Positions 20,231 to 27,985 of a DNA stretch of 64,000 bases are shown here, piece by piece. Within the stretch, counting starts at the first letter, position 1; every line of letters begins with the position of its first letter. The DNA comes from Clostridia bacterium (GTDB lineage Bacteria > Bacillota > Clostridia > TANB77 > CAG-465). The translations under genes and the position numbers were made by a program. The notes under the pieces were generated by a model, which saw only the letters and a list, made by a program, of their open reading frames with translations, was not told where the DNA came from and did not search any database. The stretch is taken from the NCBI GenBank assembly GCA_045651205.1, contig JAZRSA010000050.1, forward strand, positions 29,723 through 93,722. The letters are read 5' to 3'.

Positions 20231-20467
20231 TTACTTAGTTATTGTAATTGTAGTTGCAAAGCATAATACTACGAATGCAATTCCTAAATATATAGTTAAT
20301 TTAGATAATACTCCATCTAAAGTCTTTCCTTTATTTGCACCATAGAATGTATTTCCTAATGCTGCTGAAGCTCCGTCTTTAGAACTTTGCATCATTACTA
20401 CAATTGTTAATGCAACTGCTACTATTAATGTTAATGCTATGCATATCCATGCAATCCATCCAATCAT
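20231..20467 (-). CDS. secG: Preprotein translocase subunit SecG
   Basis: MIGWIAWICIALTLIVAV... is typical of SecG. Start placed at the internal ATG, which is preceded by GGAGGGAATAAA. secG-rnr adjacency is conserved in Firmicutes. Confidence 0.8.
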   Translation of the reverse strand: MIGWIAWICIALTLIVAVALTIVVMMQSSKDGASAALGNTFYGANKGKTLDGVLSKLTIYLGIAFVVLCFATTITITK

Positions 20468-20580
20468 TTTATTCCCTCCAGTTTGTATTTTTAACACAAA
20501 GATTATACCATACATATATATAATTTACAACAAAAGAAATAAAAAGTTTGCCCGTTTTTTCAAATTTTTTAATATTTTTG

Positions 20581-20609
20581 TTGACATTAACATACAATTA
20601 TATTATACT
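20581..20609 (+). promoter_or_regulatory. Sigma-A-type promoter (TTGACA-17-TATACT) for tRNA-fMet
   Basis: Hexamers read directly. Lies 12 nt upstream of the tRNA 5' end. Confidence 0.5.
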
Positions 20610-20621
20610 AATAACATGCAT

Positions 20622-20697
20622 CGCGGGGTAGAGCAGTCGGCAGCTCGTCGGGCTCATAACCCGAAGGTCACAGGTTCAAGTCCTGTCCCCGCAACCA
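20622..20697 (+). tRNA. Initiator tRNA-fMet (anticodon CAT), CCA-encoded
   Basis: Cloverleaf folded by hand. Acceptor CGCGGGG/CCCCGCA with a C1:A72 mismatch. Anticodon stem ends in three G-C pairs (GGG/CCC). Loop CTCATAA, T-loop TTCAAGT, 3' ACCA. Confidence 0.9.
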
Positions 20698-20704
20698 TAT
20701 TAAA

Positions 20705-20730
20705 AAGAAGAGTGAATAATCACTCTTCTT
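20705..20730. terminator. Bidirectional terminator after tRNA-fMet (stem aagaagagtga / tcactcttctt plus TTTTTTG)
   Basis: Read directly. Also terminates the convergent 20737..21621 gene. Confidence 0.75.
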
Positions 20731-20736
20731 TTTTGT

Positions 20737-21621
20737 TTATTTGTTTTCTACTGCTTCAACAACTTCTTTTTTATTTTTTCCTTTAAAGTGTGGCATTTTA
20801 GGTTTTATTTCATTTACTGATATAGTTACACCAAATATTAGTTTTACAACCCATAACATTATAAACAACACTCCCATTGGTATTACACATGATGTAATTA
20901 GTAATATTGCTAACGCATTCATAAAGTTGCTTAATAAATCTTTACCTTTTTCTAGCAGTTTTTCTACAGAATTCCCAACACTAGAAACAACATTAGAAAC
21001 TGTACCTGTTATCTTGTCCCATAAGTTTGTTTCAGTTTTTTCATCCTCTTTTTCTTCAACTTTGTTATTTTGAACATCCGTAGCACTTTCAATAGTTTTA
21101 GATATTGTAGTACCATATGTGTCTTCAATAAACATACTTAGTTTCACACTAACTGGCACTATTGTAAATATAACAAGTCCAAATGCCGCCAATTTAAATG
21201 CTAAAACTTTTAACTTTTCTTTCTTTGTAAATAAATAAGTTGCACATAACACACATGCTGCTGGTATTAAAATCAAGAATGTTAATTTACCAGTAAGTGT
21301 AAGCAATATCTTTTCTAAAAATATTACTCCTAACACAATTAACAAGTATCCACTCATATCCATAAGTTGGTTTGCTATTGGTGTCGTTGCATCTCCAGGC
21401 GCTGCTGCAAGTATTGTCGCCGCTCCCGCTGTTGCTGCAGTAAGTCCAATAACTTGTCCTTCTTTTTTATTTAAGTGCTCAATAGATCCGTTATGGAATT
21501 CCGGTTCACCAAAAACTTTAGCCAAAGGGAACATTGATACTACTGCTAATATAATCAATCCTATTGCAACACCTATTTTAATTAATATTTCCTTATTGTT
21601 CATAAAAAACTCTTTGTTCAT
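20737..21621 (-). CDS. Hypothetical integral membrane protein
   Basis: 294 aa with multiple TM helices and an Ala/Gly/Thr-rich segment (GLTAATAGAATILAAAPGDATTP). No known motif recognised. Confidence 0.4.
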   Translation of the reverse strand: MNKEFFMNNKEILIKIGVAIGLIILAVVSMFPLAKVFGEPEFHNGSIEHLNKKEGQVIGLTAATAGAATILAAAPGDATTPIANQLMDMSGYLLIVLGVIFLEKILLTLTGKLTFLILIPAACVLCATYLFTKKEKLKVLAFKLAAFGLVIFTIVPVSVKLSMFIEDTYGTTISKTIESATDVQNNKVEEKEDEKTETNLWDKITGTVSNVVSSVGNSVEKLLEKGKDLLSNFMNALAILLITSCVIPMGVLFIMLWVVKLIFGVTISVNEIKPKMPHFKGKNKKEVVEAVENK

Positions 21622-21763
21622 AAATTTCTCCTTTCTAATTACAGTAAATGTAATTTACGCGAATTTATATTTACATATTATCACTCGCAAGATTCTTTTT
21701 CAACAAAATATTACATTATACGCAAAAAAGATAGAGCATTTTAAATCTCTATCTTCTTTTGTT

Positions 21764-23833
21764 TTATTCTTCTGTTCCATCTCCACCATTGTTTTCAGGC
21801 GCTGGAGTTGGAGTTGGTGTTGGCTCTGGTTCAGGCTTAGGCTCAGGTTTTGGTTCTGGCTTTGGCTCTGGTTCCGGTTCAGGATCTGGTGTCGGAGTTG
21901 GAGTCGGTGTTGGCTCTGGTTCCGGTTCAGGATCCGGTGTCGGAGTTGGAGTCGGTGTTGGCTCTGGTTCCGGTTCAGGATCTGGCGTCGGAGTCGGAGT
22001 TGGCGTTGGCTCTGGTTCCGGAGTTGGTGTTGGTTCCGGTGTTGTTCCCGGTGTTTCTGGTGTTGTTGGAGTTTCAGGAGTTGTTGTTTCTTCCTTCTTC
22101 TCTTCTTCATATACGCCTCTTGGAACAACTAGCTTATCGTTGTATTTAGATAAACTTATTGAACCACCTTCTAATAATTCACCGTCTAACACTTTATTTA
22201 TTAATACTGTTGCTTGCTTAATATTTCCAGCGTAAGGTATCATAACATATAATAATGTTTTTCCCATTGAATATGTTCTTTCTCTAGAACCTGCTCCGTT
22301 TAATGCTGTTGAAGATACTGTCCATTTTGCATTATCTGTTATTTGCATTCTTACTAGTTCAACCATTTTTTCTGTAGACATATTTGTTTGGAAACTTCCT
22401 TTTACTGAAGCTAGTATGTCATCAAACTTAGTAAGTATTGTTGTAGATGTTACTTTTTGAATTATTGCATCTATAACTGCTTGTTGATTTTTACCTCTAG
22501 TTGCATCTCCACCTGGTAATGAATATCTTTCTCTAGCAAATGCTAGTGTCTTTTTACCATTTAATTTATTTAATCCTTTTTTGATTTTGTATCCGCCTAT
22601 TTTTGTAGTAAATGCATATTCTGAGTCAACTTCTACTCCTCCTACAGCATCTACTATTTTTACAACCGAATTAAAGTTTACTCTTACATAATAGTTTATA
22701 TCTATTTTTAATAAATCTTCTAGTGTTTTTATAGATTTATCTACTCCATATATACCAGCATGTGTTAATTTGTCTCTATATCCACTTGTACCATTTAATT
22801 TTACATAGTAATCTCTAGGGATATTTACTAGTAATACGTGTTTTGTTTTAGGGTTTACAACCGCTAACATATTAACATCACTTCTAGATTTAGAAGGCAT
22901 TGTTTTAGAACGTGAATCTATACCACTTATATACACTATGAATGGTTTTTCTGTTACCGCAACATCCTTAACTACTTCTGGCATTTTATCCTCTAGGTTA
23001 AATTCATGTAAAGTTGTTATCTTTTCCCTAAAGTCTGGTATTTCCTCTTCTATAAGATCATAATATGCTTCTTCTACTAAAATAGCATCTACAGATTTGT
23101 CTATTAATTTATTTGCTAGCACATGTATATCATCCGTCTTTTCAGACATCATTACTATAGCTTCTTTTAGTTTAGCCATAGCTTCTTCTGTTTCACCCAT
23201 CTCGTTATCATAATACATTAATAGTTTATAAGATAAATCTTCTAATTTCTTGTATTCACCATCTTTAAGAACAACTAATGCATATGCTTTAGTTTCTACA
23301 ATTTCGCTATCTATTTCTTTTAATATATCTGTAGATTCACCTAAAATTGAATTTACATATATACATAAGGCTACTATCGCTGCTGCTATAACTGCAAATA
23401 TTATTTTTACTATGCTACTAAATTTCTTCCATAGTGTTAATGCTAACATAGCTACTAGCACTACTAAGCCGCCGCCAAAAGCATAATATAATATTTTCAT
23501 ATAGTTTGCTGGTATTAAATTAAGATCATTATTTAATTTAACACCCCTTACAAAAGTTATTATTAATATAACTGTCGCAACTAATGTTAGTATTCCTGTT
23601 ATTATTCTAATTGTTTTCTTGGCCTTTGTATCTTCGAAAGGCTTTTTCTCTTTTACTTTCTTTTCTTTAGGTTCTTTAACCTTTTTTTCTTTAACTTTTT
23701 TCTCTTTAATTGGAGATTCGTTAGTTTCTACATTATTTCTTTTTAAGAAAAGTTTTTTATTTTCTTCTCTTTGTAGTTTTTCTCTTCTTCTAATTTCCCT
23801 TTGTTCTTTTCTACTTTCCATTGTATTTTTCAC
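21764..23833 (-). CDS. LytR-CpsA-Psr (LCP) family cell-envelope phosphotransferase with Lys-rich N-terminus and ~100-aa PEPEPTPT repeat tail
   Basis: Core motifs [38 protein letters not shown] and ARERY. N-terminal TM anchor. C-terminal ([14 protein letters not shown])n repeats. Confidence 0.8.
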   Translation of the reverse strand: MKNTMESRKEQREIRRREKLQREENKKLFLKRNNVETNESPIKEKKVKEKKVKEPKEKKVKEKKPFEDTKAKKTIRIITGILTLVATVILIITFVRGVKLNNDLNLIPANYMKILYYAFGGGLVVLVAMLALTLWKKFSSIVKIIFAVIAAAIVALCIYVNSILGESTDILKEIDSEIVETKAYALVVLKDGEYKKLEDLSYKLLMYYDNEMGETEEAMAKLKEAIVMMSEKTDDIHVLANKLIDKSVDAILVEEAYYDLIEEEIPDFREKITTLHEFNLEDKMPEVVKDVAVTEKPFIVYISGIDSRSKTMPSKSRSDVNMLAVVNPKTKHVLLVNIPRDYYVKLNGTSGYRDKLTHAGIYGVDKSIKTLEDLLKIDINYYVRVNFNSVVKIVDAVGGVEVDSEYAFTTKIGGYKIKKGLNKLNGKKTLAFARERYSLPGGDATRGKNQQAVIDAIIQKVTSTTILTKFDDILASVKGSFQTNMSTEKMVELVRMQITDNAKWTVSSTALNGAGSRERTYSMGKTLLYVMIPYAGNIKQATVLINKVLDGELLEGGSISLSKYNDKLVVPRGVYEEEKKEETTTPETPTTPETPGTTPEPTPTPEPEPTPTPTPTPDPEPEPEPTPTPTPTPDPEPEPEPTPTPTPTPDPEPEPEPKPEPKPEPKPEPEPTPTPTPAPENNGGDGTEE
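21800..22095. repeat. In-frame coding tandem repeat (about 48-bp units, GGTGTCGGAGTTGGAGTCGGTGTTGGCTCTGGTTCCGGTTCAGGATC-like) encoding the PEPEPT linker of the LCP protein
   Basis: Repeats visible directly. They generate spurious ORFs in all frames (21596..22235 ORF-track entries). Confidence 0.85.
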
Positions 23834-23906
23834 CCTCGAAACACATTATACCACTAGCTAAAAGTATAATCAACAATATTATGTATATTAAATTAAATAA
23901 ATGAAA

Positions 23907-23930
23907 AAACAGCGGTTATATCCGCTGTTT
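23907..23930. terminator. Terminator hairpin (aaacagcgg / ccgctgttt) with flanking A/T runs. Downstream of the 23941 gene.
   Basis: Read directly. Confidence 0.6.
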
Positions 23931-23940
23931 TTTATATATT

Positions 23941-24678
23941 TTATATTCTTTTAACACATTTTGTTTTCTTTTTCCCACAATATTGTGTACATAATTTATC
24001 TGTACATTTCGAACATTTAAGTGCTTCATTTGTCATTTCTGAAAAACGTTCAGGATATATCATAACGCATAATTCCCAAACAAGCCAAGCTAATACAGAC
24101 ATCACAACTAACGACCAACAATAAAATCCACCAACAAAAACAAGTGGCGAAAACATCATAAGATGATCCCAGTTAAATATTCTACATGTTGTACAACATT
24201 TGTTTTTCATAAGTAGTCTAAACGGACACCATACTAAAACGCATATCAAATCACACACATAAAAGAAAACAGATATAATAAATATTCCTATTTCATTTAT
24301 TACATTACAAAAATACAAAATACCAATTATTATAATCAACAAAATCCATATAATCATAACCTTATATGCAGATTTAGTAGTGTTTACTACATATTTCTTT
24401 AAATTATCATAATTAATTTTATCTCGTATTGGTTTGAAACGATTAGCAAATAATTTTTGTGAACCCAATGCTACTTTGTTTTTTATAGGTATAATTTGTA
24501 GTATTATATCCGCAATCCAAAGCCCCCATAACAAATGTAATATATGAAATTTATTAAAGAAATTCATTCCTATTAATACATCAAAGTTTTCTTTATTAAA
24601 ACTCATTGCTATACAGCCAATAAAAATTACTATACGTCCTATCAAACGTGTAAAATATCTTTTTCTTGTAATAGACAT
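23941..24678 (-). CDS. Hypothetical polytopic membrane protein with Cys-rich C-terminal tail
   Basis: 245 aa with multiple TM helices. C-terminal CCTTC ... C..C ... CSKCTDKLCTQYCGKKKTKC cluster. Confidence 0.4.
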   Translation of the reverse strand: MSITRKRYFTRLIGRIVIFIGCIAMSFNKENFDVLIGMNFFNKFHILHLLWGLWIADIILQIIPIKNKVALGSQKLFANRFKPIRDKINYDNLKKYVVNTTKSAYKVMIIWILLIIIIGILYFCNVINEIGIFIISVFFYVCDLICVLVWCPFRLLMKNKCCTTCRIFNWDHLMMFSPLVFVGGFYCWSLVVMSVLAWLVWELCVMIYPERFSEMTNEALKCSKCTDKLCTQYCGKKKTKCVKRI

Positions 24679-24734
24679 ATTACCATCCCCTTATAAAACA
24701 AAAAACTAGATATTGCTATCTAGTTTAAGTAATG

Positions 24735-24811
24735 TGGTAGCGGCGATTGGAATCGAACCAATGACCTTTCGGGTATGAACCGAACGCTCTAGCCATCTAA
24801 GCTACGCCGCC
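24735..24811 (-). tRNA. Elongator tRNA-Met (anticodon CAT)
   Basis: Reverse complement reads GGCGGCGTAGCTTAGATGGCTAGAGCGTTCGGTTCATACCCGAAAGGTCATTGGTTCGATTCCAATCGCCGCTACCA. Standard cloverleaf. Close to Firmicutes elongator tRNA-Met. A tRNA-Ile2 (lysidine) identity is not fully excluded. Confidence 0.85.
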
Positions 24812-24918
24812 GACTACGTATATAAATATACACTAGTTAAATTAAATTGTCAATATTTTTTTCGTTTTTTATACAATTTATTTTACTAGCATTATACTAT
24901 TAAGTTAAATTAATAAAT

Positions 24919-24940
24919 AAGAGATGGTTTCCCATCTCTT
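24919..24940. terminator. Hairpin (aagagatgg tttc ccatctctt) downstream of the SDR gene
   Basis: Read directly. Modest T-tract. Confidence 0.5.
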
Positions 24941-24956
24941 ATATTATTTACAATAA

Positions 24957-25694
24957 TTAAATTACCATACCACCATTTGGGCTTATTACTTGTCCTGTAA
25001 TATATCTTGCGTTTTCTGATGCTAAGAATAATACTAGTTTAGCAACTTCTTCAGCCTCTCCAAGTCTTCCCATTGGTATATCTTTCTTAATTAATTCTAT
25101 ATCATGTTCATCATATTCTTTGAATATCATATCAGTAGCTATAGTTCCTGGCGCTACAGTGTTAACTGTTATATTGCTTGGAGCTAATTCCTTAGCTAAT
25201 CCCTTAGTTAAACCTATAACACCTGCTTTTGATGCAGAATATGCTACTTCACACGAGCTACCTGTGATTCCCCATATAGAAGATACATTTATTATAGCTC
25301 CATCTTTTTTAGATAGCATGCCTTGCTTTAATGCAGATTGAGTTACATTAAATACACCTGTAAGGTTTACATCTAATACTCTCTTCCATTCATCTTCTTC
25401 TAAATCTGTAAATAATCCAACTTGAGAAATACCAGCATTGTTTACAACAACATCTACTCCTCCAAATTCTTTTACAGCATATTCTACCATAGCATCAACT
25501 TCATCACGGTTTGTTACATCCGCTTTGAACATTTCCACTACACCATCACAACCTTCTAAATCTTTAACAATATCTTTAGCAGATTGTTCTGAACGATTAT
25601 AGTTTAGAAGAACATTATATCCTGCATTAGCAAAGGCATATACTATCGCCTTGCCGATTCCTCTAGAACCTCCTGTTACAAGTGCTGTTTTCAT
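24957..25694 (-). CDS. Short-chain dehydrogenase/reductase, 3-oxoacyl-ACP reductase (FabG)-like
   Basis: TGGSRGIGKAI Rossmann motif, NNAG, catalytic YSASKAGVIGLTK. Confidence 0.8.
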   Translation of the reverse strand: MKTALVTGGSRGIGKAIVYAFANAGYNVLLNYNRSEQSAKDIVKDLEGCDGVVEMFKADVTNRDEVDAMVEYAVKEFGGVDVVVNNAGISQVGLFTDLEEDEWKRVLDVNLTGVFNVTQSALKQGMLSKKDGAIINVSSIWGITGSSCEVAYSASKAGVIGLTKGLAKELAPSNITVNTVAPGTIATDMIFKEYDEHDIELIKKDIPMGRLGEAEEVAKLVLFLASENARYITGQVISPNGGMVI

Positions 25695-25737
25695 ATGTAT
25701 ATGCCTCCTTATTATTATTTATTTTATATTTTTATTA

Positions 25738-27450
25738 TTAACCATCGATTCCAGGTCCGTCGAAAGTATCCATTTCTACTACCTCTGAAACTGTTTTTTC
25801 TCCTACAGTTGTATCTATTTCTTCTGGTGGATATACACCAGCAGCTAAAGTATCTTTCATGTCCACAGTTCCTGGAGTTACTGTACCACCTTCAGCTACA
25901 ACTTCTGGTGTAGATTCTTTTTTAGTACTTCTTTCGCTTTCTGAAGATAATGCTGCTATTATCATTGCATCTCTTGCAACGTCAGATAATCCTTCTGTTG
26001 CTTCTCTTCCAGCTCTTTCTACACTTGATCTTACTCCATCTTCTACTGAAGTATCACGTGATGAAGCTTCAGGTAAAGATAATGATCTTCCTAATCCTGA
26101 AAACCAAGATAATGGATTTCTGCTTCTTGTTCTCTTAACTTCAGAATATGTATCTAATGCTGTTCTAAAGCCTTTCATTGTTTCTAATTCAGCAATCGCT
26201 CTATCTCTTAAAGTTACTTCGTCAGCTGTTAATTCTTCACCACTAGCAACTTTAGCTTCCGCTGCAGCTACAACTTTTTCGAAAACAGATTGTCCTCTTG
26301 TCTTAGCTTCCTTATTTCCTAAGAATCCTTTTATTCCGCTCCAACTTCTTACTTCAGAACTTGCTACAATATTTTCGCCAGTTTCTGTTTTAGCATCTAT
26401 TCCATAAGTAGCGTTGATTGCTCTTAGAGCTTCTGGATATTTTCTAGTCATTTCACTTCCCATTGCAACAAGTATTACTTTTGCTTTATTTCTAAATAAT
26501 CCAGTAGAAATTCCAAATTTTTCATAACATGTTGGGTCAGCCATTATAACTTCTAATTTTTTCATATCTTCAACACCTAAACATCTTTGTTTAGCTGCTC
26601 TATATATCTCATCAAATTCTGCATAGCTCATATCTCTTGGATCTGTTGGCGCAGCTGGTGCTACTGTCGCAGTTCCACCTGGAGCTGTTGTCGCAGTTCC
26701 ACCTGGCACTGATGTTGCAGTTCCGCCTGGAACTGTTGTTGCAGTTCCGCCTGGCACTGATGTTGTAGTTCCGCCTGGAACTGTTGTTGTAGTTCCACCT
26801 GGAACTATTGTTTCATCTTCACCTGGAGTTTCTTTTTTATCATCTCCCGGAGTTTCTTTTTTATCATCTCCTGGAGTTTCTGTTACACCTCCACCTACTT
26901 CTTCTTTTGGTCCAAAATTCTTTTTAGCTCTTTCAATTCTTTTTTCTAATTTAGTTAATGAATCTATTTCTTCTGGCGTAAATACACCTTTATCTTTGAA
27001 TATATTCATTATTGGTATTAACTTTTTATTATTTTCTTTTATTTCTCTTTTTGCTGCATTTATTGCTCTTGTAGCAAGACGCATTTCTTTTTCAATACCT
27101 TTTATTTCAGCTTGGTATATTCTTATTTTATCTTTATCTCCTGCTTCGCCTTTAGCTTCTTCTTCAGCTATTACCGCTTGTAATTCTTCTATTCTAGCTT
27201 TAGATTTTTCTAAAAACTCATTGTTAGTTGCCATTTTTTCTTCTAAACCATGAATGGCATCCATTATATCTTGTTTTGCCTTTACACCAAGTTCAACAAT
27301 ACTTTCCTCAAGGCCAGAAATTGCTTTATCAAAACCAGCAACTATATTAGCTCTTTCATCATCTGACAAATCATCTCTTCCTTCTGCAGCTGCCTTATCT
27401 GCAACAAGCTTTTGATATTGTTCTTCTAATATTTCGTAATCTTTTCCCAC
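25738..27450 (-). CDS. Hypothetical 570-aa protein. N-terminal coiled-coil domain, (ETPGDDKK)3 and (VPGGTxTT)6 repeats, unknown C-terminal domain. Higher GC.
   Basis: GTG start with strong AGGAGG RBS. No signal peptide or TM. Internal in-frame repeats. G+C visibly above the flanks. Confidence 0.6.
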   Translation of the reverse strand: MGKDYEILEEQYQKLVADKAAAEGRDDLSDDERANIVAGFDKAISGLEESIVELGVKAKQDIMDAIHGLEEKMATNNEFLEKSKARIEELQAVIAEEEAKGEAGDKDKIRIYQAEIKGIEKEMRLATRAINAAKREIKENNKKLIPIMNIFKDKGVFTPEEIDSLTKLEKRIERAKKNFGPKEEVGGGVTETPGDDKKETPGDDKKETPGEDETIVPGGTTTTVPGGTTTSVPGGTATTVPGGTATSVPGGTATTAPGGTATVAPAAPTDPRDMSYAEFDEIYRAAKQRCLGVEDMKKLEVIMADPTCYEKFGISTGLFRNKAKVILVAMGSEMTRKYPEALRAINATYGIDAKTETGENIVASSEVRSWSGIKGFLGNKEAKTRGQSVFEKVVAAAEAKVASGEELTADEVTLRDRAIAELETMKGFRTALDTYSEVKRTRSRNPLSWFSGLGRSLSLPEASSRDTSVEDGVRSSVERAGREATEGLSDVARDAMIIAALSSESERSTKKESTPEVVAEGGTVTPGTVDMKDTLAAGVYPPEEIDTTVGEKTVSEVVEMDTFDGPGIDG

Positions 27451-27462
27451 AATTATTACCTC

Positions 27463-27588
27463 CTATTTTTTAAGTTCGTCAACTTTCTTTTGAAGTTCCG
27501 CAAGTTTTTCTAAATCTTCTGTTGCCTTTTTTAGTTTTTCTACATCTACATTTATTTCTTCTTCAGTGTAGAATTTCTTTTCTTCCAT
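27463..27588 (-). CDS. Small 41-aa coiled-coil peptide (MEEKKFYTEEEINVDVEKLKKATEDLEKLAELQKKVDELKK), translationally coupled to the 570-aa gene
   Basis: Not in the ORF track (<60 aa). GGAGGT RBS 8 nt upstream of its ATG. Its TAG stop overlaps the AGGAGG RBS of the downstream gene. Confidence 0.45.
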   Translation of the reverse strand: MEEKKFYTEEEINVDVEKLKKATEDLEKLAELQKKVDELKK

Positions 27589-27603
27589 AATATATACCTC
27601 CAC

Positions 27604-27617
27604 ATGCAAATTTGCAT
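27604..27617. promoter_or_regulatory. Perfect 14-bp palindrome ATGCAAATTTGCAT (candidate operator) just downstream of the -10 of the minus-strand promoter
   Basis: Read directly. Lies between the promoter (-10 ATACTA complement at 27632-27637) and the RBS of the small ORF. Confidence 0.5.
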
Positions 27618-27631
27618 ACTCTTATATCTCA

Positions 27632-27660
27632 ATACTAACATATATAAAAAAATATGTCAA
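27632..27660 (-). promoter_or_regulatory. Sigma-A-type promoter (TTGACA-17-TAGTAT on the minus strand) driving the 41-aa + 570-aa module
   Basis: Reverse complement of 27632-27660 reads TTGACATATTTTTTTATATATGTTAGTAT. Confidence 0.5.
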
Positions 27661-27721
27661 CGCTTTTTCTTTATGTTTTTTCTGAGTATTACTAGGCTTT
27701 TTAGCATATAATATACTAAAC

Positions 27722-27750
27722 TTGACTATTTTTAAAATTTATTGTACAAT
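27722..27750 (+). promoter_or_regulatory. Sigma-A-type promoter (TTGACT-17-TACAAT) for the glmS ribozyme-glmS transcript
   Basis: Read directly. Lies ~55 nt upstream of the ribozyme core. Confidence 0.5.
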
Positions 27751-27799
27751 AGTCGTTGAAAATATTTTTAAACTCAAAGGAGTGAGTATAAAAAGTTTA

Positions 27800-27955
27800 A
27801 GAATATTAGCGCATGGTTTTGCTATTTTAGCAAATTGACGAGGATGATAGTTATCGACACATCAGCGGGTGCTATCACGGTTTAATGGGATCGACATATA
27901 GGTACAAAAGGTAAAATTCAGGAATTACTACAAAAAGCCTATAATCCAAAAGTAC
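27800..27955 (+). ncRNA. glmS ribozyme: glmS ribozyme (GlcN6P-responsive self-cleaving riboswitch) in the glmS 5' leader
   Basis: Ribozyme core elements AGCGC ... TTGACGAGGATG ... TTATCGA ... CAGCGGGTGC ... CGG and downstream P3/P4-like region match the Bacillus glmS ribozyme in order and spacing. Immediately upstream of glmS. Confidence 0.75.
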
Positions 27956-27985
27956 ATTGAAAATAGAATATGGAGGATTATTATT

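Noticed and set aside
20439-20786. 115-aa plus-strand ORF spanning the tRNA-fMet gene
   Set aside because: It reads through a structurally perfect tRNA and its terminator, so it is spurious.
21596-22235. Several plus-strand ORFs (GSGSG-, WLWFRFR-, LALVPVQD-rich 'proteins') overlapping the LCP gene 3' region
   Set aside because: They are frame artefacts of the low-complexity PEPEPT-coding tandem repeat. They have no RBS and sit entirely inside a well-supported minus-strand gene.
25738-27588. Considered calling the 41-aa + 570-aa module a T7SSb LXG toxin with a WXG100-like helper
   Set aside because: No recognisable LXG or WxG motif, no immunity-sized downstream gene, no T7SS genes in the window. 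It is kept as an unknown module in the findings instead.
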